Source of the DNA: the human T2T-CHM13v2.0 reference genome, Homo sapiens
Assembly (NCBI RefSeq): GCF_009914755.1
Contig: NC_060930.1
Reading direction: 5' to 3' (one strand)
DNA: 64,000 bases
Shown here: positions 56,340 through 64,000 of the stretch, piece by piece
How the letters are laid out: each line of letters begins with the position of its first letter
How positions within the stretch are numbered: position 1 is the first letter of the stretch
The notes under the pieces: model-generated
Seen by the model: only the letters and a program-made list of their open reading frames with translations
What the model was told of the DNA's origin: nothing
Database searches by the model: none
Program-made: the position numbers and the translations under genes

Positions 56340-56945
56340 TGGACCCAGGTATGGGTAGACTATGGGTGCAGGTGGACCTCAGGTGTAGGTAGACTATGGG
56401 TGCAGGTGGACCTCAGGTGTGGGGAGATTACGGGTGCAGGTGGACTATGGATGCAGGTGGGCCTCAGGTGTGGGGAGACTACGGGTGCAGGTGGACTATG
56501 GGTGCAGGTGGACTATGGATGCAGGTGGGCCTCAGGTGTGGGTAGACTATGGGTGCAGGTGGACGTCAGGTGTGGGGAGACTATGGGTGCAGGTGGACTA
56601 TGGGTGCAGGTGGGCCTCAGGTGTGGGGAGACTATGGGTGCAGGTGGACTATGGGTGCAGGTGGGCCTCAGGTGTGGGGAGACTATGGGTGCAGGTGGAC
56701 TATGGGTGCAGGAGGACTATGGGTGCAGGCGGGCCTCAGGTGTGGGTGGACTATGGGTGCAGGTGGGCCTCAGGTGTGGGGAGACTATGGGTGCAGGTGG
56801 ACTATGGGTGCAGGTGGACTATGGATGCAGGTGGGCCTCAGGTATGGGTGGACTATGGGTGCAGATGGGACTCAGGTGTGGGGAGACTATGGGTGCAGGT
56901 GGACTATGGATGCAGGTGGGCCTCAGGTGTGGGTGGGCCACAGGT
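56340..56945 (+). repeat. G-rich minisatellite, 17-bp unit, about 35 copies, three variant units
   Basis: Units GGTGCAGGTGGACTATG, GGTGCAGGTGGGCCTCA and GGTGTGGGGAGACTATG. Confidence 0.97.
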
Positions 56946-58030
56946 ACAGGAGGACTCTACATTGAAGCTGCACAGCTGCCACTTCTGCCCTAAAGGGTGC
57001 TCCCCTGGGGGAAGGTAGCCAAGCAGGACAGCGGCTTCTCTTGCTGGTTTCATACATCGTGCTTTGGAAATCTTTAATAAACAGAATGTCATGCAAGAAT
57101 GAAAGCACATAAACAAACTTCTCAGCAAAACCTCGTTTCCCCTGCCTGTGATGTTGCTGCTTGTTATCTGTTCTGCTCCAGCGTCGGTGATGGGCAGGCT
57201 CATTCCAGGCAGCATGGGACGTGGACTTTGCAGAGGGCCCACCCTAGCGCCTCTCCTCTGCTGGGACACCCAGCCAGCTTCAAGGGCCTTTCCAGGGACT
57301 CTGTGAGGAAGGGATGACCGGAGGGGAGAGGAAAGAGGCACTTCCACAAAAATTTTTTTAAAGAAGACAGAATGAAAGCTGCTTTTCTTTAGTGTATAGA
57401 TTAATGGAAGGAGCAGGTGGAGACACTGGGAGCTAATGAATCTGACGTCCCACCTGCAGCTGAGGACAGACCACCTGCCAGCCCCCTTCTATGGCTGTCT
57501 GTTTGGGGGTACAAGGAGAATGTCTTGTGCAAAAGTCTTGCTTGCTTTGGAAATGAGGACTTTACAGATGTCATATCCATAAAATCTTCCTAAAGTGGGG
57601 AAGGGACAGGGGAAGACCAAGAGAAAAGGGGTGAGATGCCTGCATTCAGATAAATTAACAGGAAAGTGCATTTTTGTCTTTACTCAGAAAGCAGTGTGTA
57701 CAAGTGGTGACATAAAACTATGTTAACTTTGCAGCTGGGAGATGCACACGCCTCAGGTCGTGTCCGAAGGCAATCTGTGGTGAGCAGCTGCTCTGCCAAA
57801 TCCACCAGGAGCAGGTGAACACAGGAGCTGAATCCCACTTCATGCCTCACTCAGGGCAGCCCAGGTTGCTGCTGTGTGATAATACACATCATCATAACCG
57901 CAATAATAACACAGAGAATCCTATTTAATAATAACAAACGTGATAAACACTGTCAAGATGGATGACAGATGTTGCCCCTCCGTGAAGAGCTGAGCGCATA
58001 GCACATGTCGAGCCAGCGCTTCATTTGCAT

Positions 58031-58216
58031 CAGTGTCCCAAAGTGTGGCTGCATCAAAGTCACCTGGAGGGCTGATTACAACACAGGCTGCCTCGGCCCA
58101 GCCCCAGAGTTTCCGATTCAGCAGGTCCAGGGCAGGGCCTGAGGATTTGCCTTTTTAACCAGTTCCCAGGTCATGCTGGTGTTGCTGACTCAGGGATGAC
58201 ACTTTGAGAACCACTG
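58031..58216. mobile_element. MER5A (hAT-Charlie)
   Basis: cagtg...aaagtgtgg...cccagagtttccgattcagcaggtc...cactttgagaaccactg. Confidence 0.85.
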
Positions 58217-58224
58217 ATCTACGT

Positions 58225-58390
58225 TAATTAATTTAATCCTTATAACAAGCCTATAAACTAGCAGTGCTTATTATCTCCATTTTACAGCTGAGATAGCTCA
58301 GACAGAGAGGGTTTAAGCAACTTGCCAGTACTCCAATCCCAGTGGGTCTGCCTCTGAAGCGTGTGCCTGGGACCACATGCTCCATGGGAC
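58225..58390 (-). mobile_element. MIR
   Basis: atttaatccttataacaa...tattatctccattttacagctgag...cagagagggtttaagcaacttgcc. Confidence 0.8.
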
Positions 58391-58513
58391 ATAAATACCA
58401 CATGAGGTCAGCAAAAGTGGCTGTTCCCTGAAGCATCATCTTAGAGCCCCCAGACATGTGGGGTTTAAAGAGGCCTCTAAAAGCCAGCCTTGGTCATGGT
58501 CTTTGAGAACTAC

Positions 58514-58796
58514 CTTAGAGTTCCCATAATCTCTCAGTGTTCCCATAATCCCTCAGTGTGCCCATAACTCCTTAGAGTTCCCATAATCCCTCAGTGTTCC
58601 CATAATCCTTGAGTGTTTTCATAATCGCTTAGTGTTCCCATCATCTCTGTGTTCCCATAATCCCTGAGTGTTTTCATAACTCCTTAGAGTTCCCATAATC
58701 CCTCAGTGTTCCCATAATCCCTCAGTGTTCCCATAATCCCTGCGTGTTTTTCATAAACCTTTGGAGTTCCCATAATCCCTGAGTGTTCTCATAATC
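58514..58796 (+). repeat. Minisatellite, ~20-bp unit CCCTCAGTGTTCCCATAATC, about 14 copies
   Basis: Read directly. Confidence 0.95.
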
Positions 58797-59553
58797 GTAA
58801 CAAGCTTTCTCCTCACGTGGAGCCCGCAGGGCACCAAGTAATAGTAGTGATAGTTAATGGGCTTGCAGGTGTACTTGATTGCCCAGTAATAAACTTGAAT
58901 CCTCTGACACACTTGTTTCATGGGCATGACTGCTCGTTTTGGCAAGAGGGCTCAGATAGTACCCTTTGCTGAGAGAAATGAAAGGCACCAAATGTTATTT
59001 CTATTCTGCTTTACCTAAAAGCAATTATTTTCAACTTCCTATTCTCATACAAAATAAGTTTTCAGAGCACAATAACTAGCCATTGCTAATGAATTTAAAT
59101 ATTGGTCTATTTCATACATGTATTTTCATTCTAAGTGTCTTATGTTTTAATTTAAAAAATCTTGAATGATAGATTTAATCTCAACATCAGCCTTAAACCA
59201 CCTGGAGGAGAACTTAAAATTTACAAGCGAGTACATGGAATGGGTCCTTTACAATTTAAGTGTTTTAGAACTTGTTGGAGTCCCCAGAGTGCCCTTCATC
59301 CGCTACACATCTGCACTAGGTGCTTACAGACGTTTCTTGTTTATCATTAAACTTTGTTTTCAGACTCTGAATCTGGTCTCCAACCAGAGGACAATCTCTC
59401 CATTATCTCTAAAGGAATACAACTCTAAAATTACCCCAGCGATAGAGCCCAGTTGCTCTGTGTAGCCCACCTTGGAAGCAAAGGCATTCTTTTAGCCAGG
59501 CAACTATTTTAATCTGCAAAAGAGGCACATAGGTGAGTATGCCTATGATACCC

Positions 59554-59969
59554 TGCTATGGTTTGGATATTTGTCCCTCCAAACCTCGTGTTGAAATTTG
59601 GTCCCCAGTGTTGGAGGTGGGGCCTAATGGGAGGTGACTGAGTCATGGGGGTAGATCCCTCATGAATAGAATAATGCCCCCACTGTGGCTGAGTTCTCAC
59701 TCTTAGTTTCCTTGGGACCTGCTAATTAAAGAGAGCCTGGTCCCTCTCCCCTCTCTCTCTGGCTTTCTCTCTCACCGTGTGATCTCTGCACATACTGGCT
59801 CCCTTCTGCCTTCAGCCATGAGTAGAAGCAGCCTGAGGCCCTCACCAGATGCAAATGCTCAGTTTTGAATTTTTCAACCATCAGAATTGTGAGCCAAATA
59901 AATCTTTTTTCTTTATAAATTTCCCAGCCTCAGGTATTCTTTTATAGGAACACAAGACAGACTAAGACA
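59554..59969 (+). mobile_element. MSTB-type solo LTR
   Basis: TGCTATGGTTTGGATATTTGTCCC...GACTAAGACA; near-TSD taccc/caccc. Confidence 0.9.
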
Positions 59970-61064
59970 CACCCAGATGTAATAAAGAGACACAATAAGC
60001 CTCCCCAAACTCAATTGCTTCATTCTCACACTGTCTGGACTGCAGGTTACCCAGGCTGGCTGACATAGGCTGGGTGGGGCTGAGCAGCTGAAGGCAGCAG
60101 CCACCTGGGGTCTTGCTCTTCTCACGGTGGATGAGTGGATCACATGCCAGGCGCCTGCTGCCTCATGCTCACTAAATTCACTACGCCAAGCTATGCTCAT
60201 GGCAGAGCCTTTTTCAAAGGACCAAAGAAGTATATGCTCCCTCAGTGGAAGGAGGAAGAGAATGTTTACTGAACAATAATCTACCCTGTCAAACTTACCA
60301 TGTCTTACAGTTCCATGAAAAAAAAAATTGATCAGTTCAATGAGAAATAAATTAAACTGGCAATTTGCATAGTTTAACTTACTTAATAGCTGCTTTCTTG
60401 CTGGAGAAAGCTAGCCCTAGGATGATGATGTTGTTGAACAATGGCAGTTTTAATATTTTTCCATTTGATTCACAGGAGTGAGCGAATCCCTGAAGCAGAC
60501 AGTGTGTGTTCTACAGAGGGCCTTTCAGTCTCTATTTACCGACTTTCAGTTTTACCGTAATTGGGATACACATGTTTTGGCTTCAGGACACCAAAGCTGA
60601 GAATTGTTTTGGGCAAAAACATCTATGATGTTACTTCAAAAGGCAAATCATACCACCTGTTTGAAAAGAGCTAGATAAAACAATTTGTGTTGGGCTAATT
60701 TTTTTCATTTTGAGCTTCTTTTAGGGCTTGGGCTTAGGCTGTGATCAGCATAAGATTGGCTGGGTTGAAAGACATCATCATTTTCCCTGTTGCAGGTGCA
60801 GGATATTAGGGTGGGCCCCGTCTCTGACTGCTCAGCTCAGCCTCCACCGCTGAGAGTTTGATGGCCCCGAGCCTGGAACACCATGAGAAAAAGGGAGTGA
60901 AAAGGAGTGTATCTCCTGGATGTAGGGAGGCTCCGAAAGGCCTGGAGCTTTTCTGTGTTGTGCCTGATCCCAGAGTCACTGGGACAATGGCCTTTAGCTT
61001 TCTTCTGGGGTCACGGACCCCTTTGAGATTCTCATGGAAGCTATGATTTCCCTTACAGAAAAAT

Positions 61065-61090
61065 ACACACACACACACACACACACACAC
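61065..61090 (+). repeat. (AC)13 microsatellite
   Basis: Read directly. Confidence 0.95.
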
Positions 61091-61879
61091 TTTACCACTC
61101 TAATATCACCTTGAATCTCATATTGTTTTCTAGAATTTTAGATGCAAATCGACATAGACACGCAGACTTTTTTGAGTATAGGTATATATCATCTCAAGTT
61201 CCTGCTTAGATTTGCCAAGGTTTATTGATTTCTGACCCCATTGCTGGGGTTCATTTTTTGCTTTGTTAGGTATGTCCTTGAGCATTTCATTCAGCAAAGG
61301 TTCCTACGGGTAGTAGTTCTTGTCTGCATATGTCTGAAAGTGCCTTAATCTCAGCTCCATCTTGAATAAGAAATCAGGTGGGCGTGGCCTGCTCAGTGAG
61401 AAGCTCTTTTTCCCCAGCACCATGCACGTGTTACTCCACTGTCTCCTGGAGTGGAATGAGCTCAAAGAAATGAGCTCCTATTTCTTTGGTCTGTCTCACG
61501 TGGGTTTCTTCCATCGGCTGAATTTCCTTGCGCTGTCTGTTACTTCTGTTTGAGAGCTTGTAGTTTTTGGAGTTTCCTCCTGTGTGCATCTCTCTCAGCT
61601 TCCTTTCGGGGCTGTTTCATGGTTTCTGGTTGGTGGAGAGATTTTGGTTGCTCTGAGGAGCAGGAGGCACGGACACTCCTTCAGGATGGGTTGTGCCAAC
61701 CTTGATCTGCTCCTGACTCCCAGAGAGCTCTGTGGTCTTGACCTCAATCTGTTTGGGCTCATAGTGAGGTTCTTGTTTTGAGTGAGCCTGTGTACTTTAA
61801 AATATGTGTAAGATATTTAATCTCTTATGTCAATGTGTTTGGAGAGAGGTGGAGAAGATGAGGTTCTCTGTGTGCTTTC

Positions 61880-62600
<721 letters not shown>

Positions 62601-62629
62601 ATCAACTTTAATGAACATTTATTGATTTT

Positions 62630-63125
62630 ATTTTTATTATTTTTTTACTTTTAGGTTCAAGGGTACATATGCAGGTTTCTTACACAGGTAAACTCATGTC
62701 ACGGGGGTTTGTTGTACAGATTATTTCATCACCCAGGTACTGAGCCTAGTACCCAATAGTTCTTCTTTCTGCTCCTCTCCCTCCACCCTCCACTCTCTGA
62801 TGGGCCCCCGTGTCTGTTGTTCCCCTCTTTGTGTCCATGAGTTCTCATCATTTAACTCCCACGTGTAAGTGAGAACATGCGGTATTTGGTTTTCTGTTCC
62901 TATGTCAGTTTGCTAAAGACGATGGCCTCCAGCTCCATCCATGTTCCTGCAGAAGAATGACCTCATTGCTTGTTATGGCTGCATAGTATCCCATGGTGTA
63001 TATGTACCACATTTTTGTTATCCAATCTGTCATTGACGGGCATTTAAGTTGATTCCATGTCTTTGCTACTGAGAACAGTGCTGCAGTGAACATTCACGTG
63101 CATGTGTCTATAGAGTAGAATGATT
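62630..63125 (-). mobile_element. L1PA (older primate subfamily) 3' end
   Basis: Reverse L1PA 3'UTR and ORF2 end; the ORF-track peptide MFTAALFSVAKTWNQLKCPS is L1 ORF2 C-terminus-like. Confidence 0.9.
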
Positions 63126-63798
63126 AGTTTAAATGGGCAGGGCTGAGACCTATGACTGTTTGTCCTTGCTCCATTCCAGGCATACGGCTCTCTTCTGGTA
63201 CCCACAGTCTCCAAGCCTTGGCCAGAGAGGAATGGCCTGCCTTTCCTTTTTGGAAACGTCTCCAATCAATCTCTTGTGTATCGCATTATCTTTCCGGTGT
63301 TCTGCCTTTCTCCAAACGCCCCCGTGCGTTTTCAAGGTTTATAGACGCGTATCTTGAACTTTAGGTGTTGAGATTTTTTGGTCCATCTTTGACAACACAT
63401 CTGCAGGAAGAAAGCATGAGTTGATCAAAAAGGAAGAAAAAGCTACAAAATCTAGGGCATTATTATTCAGAGGACATTTTCTGGTAGAGTTAGGATAAAT
63501 TTTTTCCAATAAATTAATTTTACAGACTTTTAAGACAGAGCTTTTAGATTAATGGAAATATTACTTAAATTTAAGTTCAGCCCATTAAGTCATCAATCAT
63601 ATTGTTGTTGTAACATCATGTATTTCATGTTCATGACACACACAAATAAAAAAGAAACGACCCAAGAAAGTGATTTGCTTTACTGCTTGGGGTGACCAGA
63701 GCCAAATGCTTGAAAAGATTTTTACCGTTAGTGGCTAAAGCTGAGAGCTTTAACCTGGAGCTGCCGCGAGCTGCCAGAGCAGAGGATGAAGCACGGTC

Positions 63799-63863
63799 GG
63801 ATGAAGATCTGCAGCCTCAGGATGAAGATCTGCAGCCTCAGGATGAAGATCTGCAGCCTCAGG
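63799..63863 (+). repeat. Perfect 21-bp tandem repeat x3 (GGATGAAGATCTGCAGCCTCA)
   Basis: Read directly. Confidence 0.95.
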
Positions 63864-64000
63864 CGACGCTCTTCAGTGCGACAAGGAGGAAGCAACTTCC
63901 ATATTCCCCACACGGAGTAAGAACGCAACTTCCTTACGCGCGTCTGTTTTCTATCTTCCTCCATTCGATTTTTCTTCAGTTTCCCTAATACATTAATTAG

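Noticed and set aside
56400-57018. ORFs of 197, 199 and 138 aa
   Set aside because: They arise from a stop-poor 17-bp minisatellite; all three frames give the same cyclic peptide.
58514-58796. CRISPR-like array
   Set aside because: The units are contiguous with no unique spacers, and the context is eukaryotic.

Overview
This is primate (almost certainly human) genomic DNA containing the 3' half of QKI (Quaking, STAR/KH RNA-binding protein) on the + strand. It holds the 3' part of intron 4, exon 5 (7082-7169), exon 6 (8520-8819) and the alternative C-termini: QKI-7B read-through (to 8845), QKI-7 (9767-9810), QKI-6 (11046-11071) and QKI-5 (11821-11895 plus 15793-15809). Long, nearly repeat-free 3'UTRs run to about 23.7 kb. 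The remaining ~40 kb is intergenic and repeat-rich: Alu, L1, L2, MIR, MaLR/ERV1 LTRs including a solo LTR12F-like and a MER41-like element, Tigger/MER DNA transposons, and two minisatellites. I see no second protein-coding gene. The strongest leads concern QKI splicing. (1) A candidate in-frame 24-nt microexon at 7617-7640 exactly length-compensates the 24-nt alternative acceptor of exon 6 and has a possible poison-exon extension. (2) QKI-binding ACUAAY motifs sit on the likely branch points of QKI's own acceptors and over the QKI-5 stop codon. (3) Terminal exons begin with GT and would regenerate a donor after splicing. (4) An RBFOX motif cluster lies between the QKI-7 and QKI-6 acceptors. 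These are sequence-based hypotheses, and I cannot confirm novelty without database searches. Repeat subfamily names are from memory of consensus sequences and are approximate.
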